Part shown: one piece after another, positions 11,665 to 23,648 of the stretch
How the letters are laid out: each line of letters starts with the position of its first letter
Numbering within the stretch: the stretch's first letter is position 1
From: Octopus bimaculoides
Lineage: Eukaryota
Assembly: GCF_001194135.2 (NCBI RefSeq)
Contig: NC_069003.1
Coordinates: 34,510,303 to 34,550,726 of the forward strand
Direction of reading: 5' to 3'
DNA: 40,424 nucleotides
Program-made: the position numbers and the translations under genes
The notes under the pieces: model-generated
The model's database searches: none
What the model was told of the DNA's origin: nothing
Seen by the model: only the letters and a program-made list of their open reading frames with translations

Positions 11665-11876
11665 GCCGGTGAGCTGGCAGAATCGTTCGCACGCCGGACA
11701 AAATTCTTGGCGGCATTTCGTCCGTCTTTACGTTCTGAGTTCAAATTCCACCGAGGTCGACTTTGCCCTTCCTCTTTTCGGGGGTCGATAAAATAATACC
11801 AGTTGAACACTGGGGTCGATGTAATCAACTTACCCCCACCCTCTAAATTACAGGCCTTGTGCCAAAATTTGAAATC
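11665..11876 (+). mobile_element. tRNA-derived SINE family A, near full length
   Basis: A-box-like TGGCAGAATCG, B-box GAGTTCAAATTCC, core GAGGTCGACTTTGCC...CTTTTCGGGGGTCGATAAAATAATACCAG (resembles a Meta-type SINE core as I recall it), and tail CTTGTGCCAAAATTTGAAA. Similar copies recur across the window. Confidence 0.9.
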
Positions 11877-13276
11877 AGTATTTTGCAGTACAAGGGACGT
11901 TGTATATAAGTCTAGTTAGTATTATGTCACATGATAATTTAGCGCAGTTTGTTGAATATAGGTGGCGACATAAGTGAATGGCGAAAGTTTGGCGAACAAA
12001 CTAAAGGTCAGCTAATGATGGACCTGATTTCCTCATTGCTAATTGAAATAATCCACGGAAATTAAATGGATGTCAATATCCTGTTACTGTTAAAGCACTG
12101 TGTCTGGGGCTTCAGGTCAACCACCGATAGAACTGTGGAGTTCCCCGTTGTTAAGTAGTTGCAACAGAAATGTAAATGTAATGAAGAAGAGAATAAAGTA
12201 AAAGTAAAGATTAAAAAAATGATAAAGTAAAAGTTGTTGGGAGAATTAAGATTTAAGACTTTGGAAGACTCTGTCTGAAATAAGATCGTAAATGAAAATT
12301 AATTCCTTCTGTTGCACTTGAAAACACATTGAGAATACTCAAGAAAAAGTAAAGCAACAAAAATATTGTACAATTGTACGATAAGATAGGCAGGATTTGA
12401 AGGAATAAAGATAACATTTTCTATCAGTAATAGCAATTTTATGAAAAATTCTAGTGATTTTTTTCGACAACAAAGCATTAGCGCTTGCAGACATACACAT
12501 ACACATACACGCACATACACATACGNNNNNNNNNNNNNNNNNNNNNNNNNNNNNNNNNNNNNNNNNNNNNNNNNNNNNNNNNNNNNNNNNNNNNNNNNNN
12601 NNNNNNNNNNNNNNNNNNNNNNNNNNNNNNNNNNNNNNNNNNNNNNNNNNNNNNNNNNNNNNNNNNNNNNNNNNNNNNNNNNNNNNNNNNNNNNNNNNNN
12701 NNNNNNNNNNNNNNNNNNNNNNNNNNNNNNNNNNNNNNNNNNNNNNNNNNNNNNNNNNNNNNNNNNNNNNNNNNNNNNNNNNNNNNNNNNNNNNNNNNNN
12801 NNNNNNNNNNNNNNNNNNNNNNNNNNNNNNNNNNNNNNNNNNNNNNNNNNNNNNNNNNNNNNNNNNNNNNNNNNNNNNNNNNNNNNNNNNNNNNNNNNNN
12901 NNNNNNNNNNNNNNNNNNNNNNNNNNNNNNNNNNNNNNNNNNNNNNNNNNNNNNNNNNNNNNNNNNNNNNNNNNNNNNNNNNNNNNNNNNNNNNNNNNNN
13001 NNNNNNNNNNNNNNNNNNNNNNNNNNNNNNNNNNNNNNNNNNNNNNNNNNNNNNNNNNNNNNNNNNNNNNNNNNNNNNNNNNNNNNNNNNNNNNNNNNNN
13101 NNNNNNNNNNNNNNNNNNNNNNNNNNNNNNNNNNNNNNNNNNNNNNNNNNNNNNNNNNNNNNNNNNNNNNNNNNNNNNNNNNNNNNNNNNNNNNNNNNNN
13201 NNNNNNNNNNNNNNNNNNNNNNNNNNNNNNNNNNNNNNNNNNNNNNNNNNNNNNNNNNNNNNNNNNNNNNNNNNNN

Positions 13277-13510
<234 letters not shown>

Positions 13511-13642
13511 CTAATAGTGATCGTTATTGTTATTATTTGTTTCTTGGTGGGAAGAGGAATATAATTTGTAAATCATGTGATCGCTTTTTAAATAATCAAT
13601 ATTTTCCCGTTTAGCTCGTAACATTTAATTTCACAAATCATA

Positions 13643-13644
<2 letters not shown>

Positions 13645-13703
<59 letters not shown>

Positions 13704-13760
13704 TGTATGTATGGATGGATGGATGGATGGATGGATGGATGGATGGATAGATGTATGGAT
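13645..13760. repeat. (TA)n-(TATG)n-(GATG)n compound microsatellite
   Basis: Direct reading. Confidence 0.97.
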
Positions 13761-13903
13761 GTCACTGCTTCCTATCTTCCATCATACCGGTTCCATATAC
13801 ATAACGGTTCTGATATTTTCCATCCTATTAGGAAGATTAGTGATTGTTTTGGTGGTGGGGGAACTATTCATTAAAATAATCGAAAATATAAAGATTTAAT
13901 GAA

Positions 13904-14070
13904 GGGCTGTGTGGTTAAGAAACTCGAGTTTCAAAGCACGCGGTTTCGGGTTCAGGCCCTCTGCACAGATTATTGGGCAATTGTTTTCTACTATAGTTCC
14001 GGGTCGATCAACGCCACGTGAGTGAATTTGGTGGACGTGAGTGAATTTGGTGGACGTGAGTGAATTTGGG
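13904..14070 (+). mobile_element. SINE family B, diverged 5' half with an internal 19-bp tandem triplication
   Basis: GGCTGTGTGGTTAAGAA...GGGTTCAGGCCC...TTCTACTATAG...GGGTCGATCAA, then (ACGTGAGTGAATTTGGTGG)x2.8 at 14016-14069. Confidence 0.8.
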
Positions 14071-14597
14071 GATTTGGATTAAAAATACTTCGTGTGGAAA
14101 AAGATAAGCGAGACCTAGTCCTGTCAATGAAGTCTGTTGTTAGAATGGCAGAAATTTAAAGAGAGTTCTCTGTTTGACCATGAAATGCTCGGCATGATTT
14201 CATTTTGTATACGTTAAAGTTTTATCATAGCGTTGTAAGAGATGAGTCTACGAAACGGATTGGTTTTTCTTTTTTGTTTTTGTTTACTGCGTTGTTGTAA
14301 GCATGAAAGGAGAATTGTCCTCAAGGAATTAGCTTGCATCTGCCGCGAATGGAAACCAGATCGTCTGCATTCTAGCATTAAACCATCAATTGAAACAAAA
14401 CAAATTGGTATTATTGAGAAGGAGGACACGGTTGGGTAGCTGAGATTGAGAGGAAGAAAGAAACAAAGGTGGGTGAGAGATGAAGTAAGGGCGCTAGTGG
14501 GAGAAAGAGGTGAAGAGAGGGAGAGAGGGAGAGAGAGAGAGTGAGAGAGAGATAAAGAGAGAGAAAGAGGGTAGATTGCATAAGATATTTTCGTTTA

Positions 14598-14662
14598 ATT
14601 CCTCTATTCTGCCGGGTATGGTTTTTGCCTTTCGTTCTTCCAGGGTCGATATTTTAAGCACA
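14598..14662 (+). mobile_element. Degenerate SINE family A core fragment
   Basis: TTTTTGCCTTTCGTTCTTCCAGGGTCGATATTTTAAGCAC resembles the family A core. Confidence 0.45.
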
Positions 14663-14829
14663 ATAAAAAAGTCGGTTCAATTCACCTGAATGCACTCTCG
14701 CCACCCTCCAGCAATCAAGAAATCATAATGAACCAGTGAATGGTGGGCGTTGTTATGAAGCAATAATTTATCAATACAATAGAATCGATATCATAAATCA
14801 ATGTAAAGGCGGTGTAGTTGTAATGTACA

Positions 14830-15075
14830 ATATTTAATCTCCCCCTTCGACCTTACTCTTCGACTATAAATATGGGTCTTGTGCCAATGTTAGAAATCAA
14901 TGTTACAAATATAATGTCGCACTTTATGTTCTGATTTCAAATTCCACCGAGGTGGACTTTGCCTTTCATCCTTTCGGGGTCGATAAAATAAGTACCAGTT
15001 AAACACTGGGGTCGATGTAATCGACTTAGCTCCTACCCTATCCCAAACTACTGGTCTTCTGCCAAAATTTGAAAC
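14830..15075 (+). mobile_element. SINE family A: orphan tail (14830-14900) followed by a 5'-truncated copy (14920-15075)
   Basis: TTCAAATTCCACCGAGGTGGACTTTGCCTTTCATCCTTTCGGGGTCGATAAAATAAGTACCAGTTAAACACTGGGGTCGATGTAATCGACT...GCCAAAATTTGAAAC. Confidence 0.88.
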
Positions 15076-15369
15076 TAACATTATACATATAATGAAGAGC
15101 ATGTGCAATAAGGTATCCTGCTGTGTCCTCTCTCTCTATCTTTTCAACTGATACTACAATAGCCTCTGCTCCTCCAATTGGCTAGTCTTGTATTTCTTGG
15201 ATTTTCTTGAGGATTTTTGTTTCCTTTTTGTTGTGTAGCTATTATCCTGCTTTTTGTTCTTTGTCTTTCATATACAGAGGATCGTTTGAAATTTTATTCT
15301 TCACTAGTATTTTAGTGTCATCATCTGGTCGGGCCATCTATTCGACCAATAACCAGATAACTACCTCCC

Positions 15370-15615
15370 ATTTGCAATCCAAGGACAGGAAATATCAACC
15401 AAATACCCGATGCACAAAAGGGAAAGAGATTCAGGAAAAAACACTAAACAGTGACAACCGATGCAGACTTTGTGGAGTTAACACCGAAGATGTCACCCAC
15501 ATCGTAAGCAGTTGTCCGAAAATGTCTTCACGGCATTATCTTCCGATGTGTCATGATGCTTTAACTAGGACACTATATAATGAAATACGCCGGAAGGATA
15601 ACCCCGAGCACAAAA
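15370..15615 (+). mobile_element. RLE non-LTR retrotransposon fragment with CCHC zinc knuckle
   Basis: FAIQGQEISTKYPMHKRERDSGK/SDNRCRLCGVNTEDVTHIVSSCPKMSSRHYLPMCHDALTRTLYNEI. The CxxC-x7-H-x4-C knuckle and the following RH(D/N)-like motif are typical of the region preceding the RLE domain. Confidence 0.85.
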
Positions 15616-16471
15616 GAAATAAGAATCCACGGTATGATAGAAGCCATAGCCACTTATAATAATTGCGATCGCTCATAAGCACGAAGAGAGAACAATTGCA
15701 GTTGGACAGTTCTGAGTAATCTCCAAAATTTCTTTTCAGAAATCCGTTTGAGATTGGCATTTAACAATCAGGTTTCATTACATTTTGGAAGGCGCCCTTT
15801 TGGAAAATTTTTATTCCAGCATTAGACCACACGCTTAATGAAGTCGGCTCCACGAAAAGAGTTAAGTATTATGAGTGGCATGTAGTAAAATGTACAGAAG
15901 ATGGAGTACTTTTTATATAAGACTGTTTGAAACGATGAAACTAGTTAGATGGCTACAGCAGTTGCAGCTAGAAGGCGACTGCGAGTCTCTTTGTAACCAT
16001 AAGACGTCATGTGAAGTTACCAAAGCAATGTGCGTTGACAGCGTTGGATTTAATTGAACAATTCATTTTCGACAAGATTGAAATTAATTCCGTTCATTTG
16101 GACTTGCTACAGGGAGCCGTCAAGTCAAGCGGCTGGGAGATATTATGGAATGAAGATAGCGTAAGTTTTCCTGCAAGGTGGGTGCACGTTTTCACTAAAA
16201 TCGTGATGTGAAGGCCTATTGTAATGAAAATCTCCAGAGTAGGTGGGTCGAGCGGAGAGGTGGTAGATTGGCATAAATTCTACAGTTCACCAAACCAAAC
16301 ACAACTGTATCTTTCTTGTGCAGGCATTTAATAGATATCCCCTAAAGAAAACTGGCAATGGTGAATCAAATGAAATAACAACTGAAAGAGAATGTACCTA
16401 CATAATAATTACAATGATTTGTGGTGATTATAGTTACATTGGCTCACATAGTTAACAGTATCTGGGCCAGA

Positions 16472-16513
<42 letters not shown>

Positions 16514-17254
16514 GCGCGTACACATACATACACACGCACACACGCACATACACACACATATACATATACATATTTAAAAATTAACATTTGGAAAAGTTAT
16601 GAACCATAAATTTGAAACAAGATCAAAAGTTTTTTTTGAAGTTGACTAGAAAAAGCAACTCTTGATATTTGTAATTTAAACTAAAGTTATTTTGTTTAAA
16701 GGTTAATTAGAGCAAAATATGAAATGAATTATCTGTAATTAAGAATGTCAAATCATTTTGTTCTATTTTCTTCAAGAGTGAAGGATTTGAGAAAAAAAAT
16801 GGAGAAAACAAAAAGGAAACAAAAAATGATCACACACACACACTGACACACACACACACCGACACACACACAGACAGACAGATACACATACACAAAGAAA
16901 CTATAAATTGACTGAAAAAAAGAAAGAAAAGCAAACGACAACTAAATAGAGTGGAAAGTCGTAATCAGTTGGAGGAGCAGAGTTATCAATGCCAATTGAG
17001 GAATGAAGATAATATTTGTAGTTCTTTACCAATATTTGGTAGATTGTGATTGCGTTGAATGTGGAATGGGATGGTTGAGGGGGTCCGATTTGATGAGTAG
17101 AATCGTCTGGAATTCTTTTACTTCAAAGCTTTATTTGATATCTTGTATTGGAATAAAAAAAACAAACTAATAAACTTATATATAAAAAAACCAAAATCAA
17201 TTTGATTGACTGATGGAAAAGTTTTTGTAAATTTCTCTCTGATTGTGTATGAAT

Positions 17255-17275
17255 GTGTGAATGTGTGTGTGTGTC

Positions 17276-17313
<38 letters not shown>

Positions 17314-17437
17314 CGAGCGCGCGTCTGTTAGACGAAAGAACGCTTATGTATGTTTATATATAGTCAACGTTCAAATTTTGTTCGTCTCCTCTCTCTCTGT
17401 CTCTCTCTCTCTGTCTCTCTCTCTCTGTCTCTCTCTG

Positions 17438-17506
<69 letters not shown>

Positions 17507-17545
17507 GGAGAGAGAGAGAGAGGGAGAGAAAAAGAGAGAGAGACG
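17255..17545. repeat. (TG)n, then (CT)n-(TA)8-(GA)n palindromic microsatellite
   Basis: Direct reading. Confidence 0.95.
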
Positions 17546-17799
17546 TGAGAGGAAAAAGTGGGAGGTTTGCTGAGAGAAAGACAGACAATGGTAGAGATTG
17601 AGAGAAAAAGTAGAACGAACCAAGAAACTTTTTTTTGTTATTGTTGTGTATAGAATGTCCTGTGCACACTAAATAATTTCCGGAGAAACCGGAAATAGAA
17701 ATATACAGCGTATTCATGATCTTTGATTGCCTCTTTGTGATGTGTCGTAGTTCTATGATGTAGGTCTGATTGACAATTCCCTCTTTATTCAGTTGTGCG

Positions 17800-18200
17800 C
17801 AGATGACACGGACTACGTAGACCACAACTTTGGTGAGTGTCGCCAACTTGCTGCTCTTCCAGACTTTCTTTCCAGTCGTTCTTAGACTCTAGGGAGACTC
17901 TGTCCTAAATGATGGAGCCGGAATATTTCAATTAGTGCACTACCTTTTGCTCGCAATTGTTAATGGTAATGGCTGAACGTTGCTAACCCTTGATCTTTTC
18001 CAAGCGGATGGTGAAATTAAAGTTCTTGTCGGCTTTAAGAAGTTTCTCACCAAAAACATTAAGTAGAATCATCCTGGTGGTCGAGGTGAGGGTGTCCATG
18101 TGAGGGTCCTAGCTCGGAAAAAAATCTCCATCTGGTGGATCTGCAGGGACAACATCCCTCGGTGCCTTGACGTTCGTTCTCACAAGTATTGCTGCATAAA
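17800..18200 (-). pseudogene. RTE-clade LINE reverse transcriptase C-terminal fragment, decayed
   Basis: Minus strand gives AITINNCEQKVVH*LKYSGSII* and KKVWKSSKLATLTKVVVYVVRVI, resembling the RTE motifs ITI..E.LEVV..F.YLGS.I and RL.K.VW....L...TK..VY...V. Confidence 0.72.
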
Positions 18201-18292
18201 TTGGCTGCAGTTTTAGCAAAGTGCATCTATTTTGGACTAAAGTTTCATCTTGCAGTAAACTAAAGGATTGATTCGTGCCGCAGTAAGTAGCC

Positions 18293-18295
<3 letters not shown>

Positions 18296-18370
<75 letters not shown>
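18296..18370. repeat. Perfect (TA)n microsatellite, ~37 units
   Basis: Direct reading. Confidence 0.99.
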
Positions 18371-18371
<1 letters not shown>

Positions 18372-19044
18372 GGACGCATATACATCAAAGCACACATACA
18401 CGCACACACAAATATATGAATACATACACACATATGCATATACATATGTTTTATGTAGTCAAAATTTAATTAGCAAGATAGTGTAAATGGTTTTTTTTAT
18501 TTTTCATTTTAGGTTAATGAATAATAAAAGACAGGAAGAAAATATTACATTTTACTATAACTGTCATCAGATCACTCTCGACAGTCTATTTATCTTGAGT
18601 AATTGCTCGTTAATTATTCATTAACTTATTCTTTGCCACTTTGTGGCCTACCAGATAACAAATTAATATTAGTAATGATAGGCATATCTACTAATAATAC
18701 TAACGCCGGTTTAATAAAACACGATTACTACATTTATAGGAGGAGGAGGAGAGCGAAGAGGCATAATCTATTATAACTCCATTCACGTCTAGGACGCTTA
18801 ACACAGAATATTAAATCAACAACCTGTATCAGATTGATATTTTTGTTTATCGACCCAGTAATAATACTTGTAATATGTGGGCATGCGTTGTAACAGCGTG
18901 TCACCGCATCCACCATTTTGTTGGTGATTCCACTGCTATTCCTAGCGGAAGGCATGTGTGCCACTCAAGCGGCAACAGTCCAACCCATGGGTCTGTTTTG
19001 GGTGGTTGTTTGCTGGTGAGGATTTTACGAAGTCGGAGTGGAAA

Positions 19045-19720
19045 TCCTGCCACTATAATAAGATGCTTGATAGTGTACCACATATCTGGATCTCAAAGTC
19101 ACTAAATATATACAAAATCTCTCCTTTCGTAGAAAACTTTCCTAACATGGTATGGAGTTGTGGAACACGAAATTGTTTCTCAACAACGAGAAAGACTTGA
19201 ACGTGTCAGAGAATATCAAAATAAATCATGGAATATTCCGGGGCGATTCACTCTTCCCTTTTCTCTTCTGTCTTTCCCTCATTACCTTGTCCCACGAGTT
19301 GGATAGAAAAAAATTACGAGTACAAGATGTTTCATAAGATCTCACACTTGTTCTACATGGATGATCTGAAATTCTATGCTAAAGACGCAAAGGATCTGAA
19401 AGGAATATTGGTAACTAAAATGGTCCCGAATACTGAGCTGAACTCCCAGAATAGCGTTGCAGCTATAAATTCCCTGGTGGTACCAGTTGTCCAGTATAGG
19501 CTCAATGTCATCAACTGGAAGGGCCAAGGACCAGATTTTGTTCAAGGGCACAGGTTAAAGAAATTTTGTAGCTTACATTGGATATTGAAGGAAGAACTTC
19601 AGGATTGCCTGAGCGGGGGAGTCGTACCTAATTGGATGGCTAGAGGGAGAAAAGTACCCTTTATGAAACACAAAAAGCAAGGGCAATGTAGCTAGTAAAT
19701 ATCGGTTAATTACTTGCTTA
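19045..19720 (+). mobile_element. RLE (R4/Dong-like) non-LTR RT mosaic
   Basis: HYNKMLDSVPHIWI; GIFRGDSLFPFLFCLSL; ISHLFYMDDLKFYAK (YMDD at 19354-19365); ELNSQNSVAAINSLVVPVVQY; GPDFVQG...VPNWMARGR; ASKYRLITCL. Confidence 0.92.
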
Positions 19721-20841
19721 TAATTAGTGTGGATTCATTCGAATCCATCCAGTGGTTCTCGAGATATCTTGTCCACGGACAAACAGACAAATGCGAGTGA
19801 AAACAATACCTCCACATTAGCAAAGGTGGACGTAATAATGATGAGGATGATGGTAATAATAATGAATTCTAATTTTTTTTTGAAACGGGTAAAAGGTCCA
19901 AAAAGTCCGGTACTTACTTCGTCAACCCCAGAAGTATATAAAAAAATAAAAATTCAAAGAACTCAGGAATTGAACCCGGAATATAGATGCTACTGATGAA
20001 TTAGTACTATCCTACAGTTACTGCTATTCCACAGTGTTGTGGGGTAGGTGAAGGTGGAATCAATGTAACAATAAGAAAAGTAACGGGAATAATAGCAGCA
20101 AAAGCAAAAAGAATAGCAAGAACAAGAACAAGAAAAACGAGAACAACAACAACAATGACAACGACAACAACAACACTAATAAATGGTAGAAATAATAACG
20201 ATGTTTCGAAGGTGGAAAATGATCTCAAATTAGAAGGAAGAAAAGCAACAACTGTGAATGGGTTTGTTGTTTTTAAGTAGTTATTCTATTAAAGACATTA
20301 GAAACCTCTTAGAACAATTGAGTTCGTTTAATCTTTTAACAGGAAATTTTCTGATGGGGGAAAATAAAAAAATACACGGATCATAGATACATAAATACAT
20401 AAATACAAACATACATTCATATATATATATATATATANNNNNNNNNNNNNNNNNNNNNNNNNNNNNNNNNNNNNNNNNNNNNNNNNNNNNNNNNNNNNNN
20501 NNNNNNNNNNNNNNNNNNNNNNNNNNNNNNNNNNNNNNNNNNNNNNNNNNNNNNNNNNNNNNNNNNNNNNNNNNNNNNNNNNNNNNNNNNNNNNNNNNNN
20601 NNNNNNNNNNNNNNNNNNNNNNNNNNNNNNNNNNNNNNNNNNNNNNNNNNNNNNNNNNNNNNNNNNNNNNNNNNNNNNNNNNNNNNNNNNNNNNNNNNNN
20701 NNNNNNNNNNNNNNNNNNNNNNNNNNNNNNNNNNNNNNNNNNNNNNNTATGTATATATATATGTATACATGTATATATGTATATATATGTGTATATTTGT
20801 ATATATGTATATATATATGTGTACACGTGTACACACACATA

Positions 20842-20876
<35 letters not shown>

Positions 20877-21497
20877 GTGTGTGTGTGTACATATATATGC
20901 TTATATATATGTATGTATAGATATTTATGGCTGTCGCTTGGTCAGCTTCCAAGTGAAACGCCTGCAATCAATGGCTTCTTAATAAAAACACTATGAAACG
21001 TTATTCTGCTTCAATTTATTCACTTCCCCTCGATTAAATATTAGTTATTTAGATTGTTTTTCTCTTTTGTTTCGTTACTTTTATTTCAATTGTTTTATAT
21101 TTCGAGTTTTTTGTTCATATTCACAAATACACACACATATATATAAATACAAACACTTATGTGCCTCCGACACCCCTCTTTCTCTCCCGTTCTCTCTCTC
21201 TTTCTATTTATCTATCTATCTATATGTATGCATGTATGTTGTATATATATATATATATAATATTTGTTATGTTTTTGATTTTGTTTTATTACTGTCTCAC
21301 CCGGCTCGCCTCGTCTCACCCCCACCGCGCGCCCTCAATGTTATTTCCTCCCAATATGAAGTATCTCATCTTGTTCAATCAGCTGTAAATACATCATGTG
21401 ACTATCGAAAAGTCATGTGACGCTTAGTCGGTACACTGTTTATTCTTGATTGCCTTCTTATTCATAGTACTTGTTGGTCTGGAATATTCATTCGACT

Positions 21498-21578
21498 CTT
21501 CTTCTTCTTCTTCTTCTTCTTCTTCTTCTTCTTCTTCTTCTTCTTCTTCTTCTTCTTCTTCTTCTTCTTCTTCTTCTT

Positions 21579-21609
<31 letters not shown>

Positions 21610-21621
21610 TTATTATTATTC

Positions 21622-21655
<34 letters not shown>
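21498..21655. repeat. (CTT)n then (ATT)n microsatellite
   Basis: Direct reading. Confidence 0.99.
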
Positions 21656-21656
<1 letters not shown>

Positions 21657-21657
21657 T

Positions 21658-21828
21658 CAGGACTTGTGCCTACATTAGAAAGAAACAATATAATTTGCCG
21701 TAGTCTGCTTTACCTTTCATTCTTTCGGAGGGGTCGATATAATAAATACCAGTTGCGTACTGGTGATGATGTAATAATCAACTTTACCTCCGAAGCTGGC
21801 CTTGTACTCACATTAAAAGGAAATATTG
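21658..21828 (+). mobile_element. SINE family A: orphan tail plus degenerate core and tail
   Basis: GACTTGTGCCTACATTAGAAAG, then CTTTACCTTTCATTCTTTCGGAGGGGTCGATATAATAAATACCAGTTGCGTACTGG...GCTGGCCTTGTAC. Confidence 0.75.
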
Positions 21829-22232
21829 CAAAACCGACAAAAATTGCCTCCAGCGCTGGTGGCGTTCCATTGCCACAATTTCATATTCCTAATGCTTTCA
21901 TTGATGGCGTATCGTATGCGTTTCCAAACTTTCTCAATCAAAATAACAACTTGATTTATTGGATTTCACAGTCTTCCAGTTCAGTTATATACTGTAATTT
22001 CTTATCGAGTTTAAAGTCCTGTGTGTTAATTTCGATTTATATTTATTGCTATGACAGCTGCTTGTGGTAACTGTCTACATTATTAATAACAAGCTGTAAG
22101 CTACGTTCTTTGACTTGGACTCTCTGTGCGAAGACGATGAAGTGAATATTTCAGATGCGTTGATGATGACGGGTGAAACTGTCGAGCTGATCAAATGTAT
22201 GCTATTGGCACCTCTGAGTTAAGTTATTTCAG

Positions 22233-22431
<199 letters not shown>

Positions 22432-23369
22432 ATTATGTACGTGCGAATTTATAAAGAATAATAATAGGGACTTAGTAGTATGAAGAAAAAAATATACAGA
22501 GAAACAGTAAATTCAGTTCCGTTAAAAGCATATTTTGGTGAAAGTCGTAAAAAATATCTGAGCGCGTCAATATCTGAAAACCGTCACAGAAGCCCCGGAA
22601 GGATGGAGTTCCTCAGTGAAATTCTTAAAGGAAAAAAGAAAAAAAAAAAACGTTAATATTGCTGTAATCTGTTTTGCTTGTAGCTTCAGCATTTAATCTC
22701 TCCACATTTACAAGCAGCCGTTTCGACCATATTTGCTCTCTTCAGAGTAACGTCATCAGACAATGCAGCGGCCAAAAATAATTAATTACAGTATATAACA
22801 CAAAACTAATTAATTAAATTTCATCCCTCAGGAATTGATAAGAAGAAGCAGACTTGATAAAAGCCGTGAAAAGTATACGAAAAGATCGACTCTTCTCCCT
22901 CTCTCTCACTCACAGAAACACACATTCAAATAGACACGCATACACACGTAAGAGCAAACACACACATACATACATAGCCATACATATCCATACATATATG
23001 CTTACATGTATATACATATATACAAACATACTCTCTCTATCTCTCTTACACACATACGTATATATGTATATAAATGTATATATATTTACATATAAGTATA
23101 CATATATACATATATAAATATACATATATATACATACATATGTGTTTGTGTGGGGATGTGTGTCTATATGTGAGTGTACGTATGTGCGTATGAATATGTA
23201 AATGTGTTTGTATGTGTATGTATATCTAAACATTTATGCTTATCTATTGATTTCTCATTATCTGTCGGACAGTTTTGAAAATTTATGTACCTATCGGGTC
23301 AGAAGGTTCGCCTTCAGTCTTTCACTCTCCCTCTCCCTCTCCGGCTGCCTCTTTGTGACGGCATCAATG

Positions 23370-23648
23370 GACGTACGTACGTACGTACGCATGTATGTAT
23401 GCATGTATGTATGTATGTATGTATGTATGCACGCATGCATGTATGTATGTATGTATGTATGTATGTATGTATGTATGTATGTATGTCATTATTCAGTTTA
23501 TTCCAAGATTTCTTGCCAACAGAGAAAGAACCGGTTTCTAATCTAGATCCAAGGCTCCTTCATTGGATTTTCAACATCAATAACAGGATATTTTTGTTTG
23601 TATGTATGTATGTATGTATGTATGTATGTATGTATGTATGTATGTATG
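23370..23648. repeat. (TATG)n tracts (23370-23486, 23598-23648)
   Basis: Direct reading. Confidence 0.97.

Noticed and set aside
14242-14439. ORF resembling a secreted cysteine-containing peptide (MSLRNGLVFLFCFCLLRCC...)
   Set aside because: The hydrophobic leader comes from a T-rich low-complexity tract, and there is no recognisable cysteine framework.
18734-19045. Possible APE endonuclease start (SRTLNTE...) upstream of the RT mosaic
   Set aside because: Similarity is too weak to call, and RLE elements do not normally carry APE.
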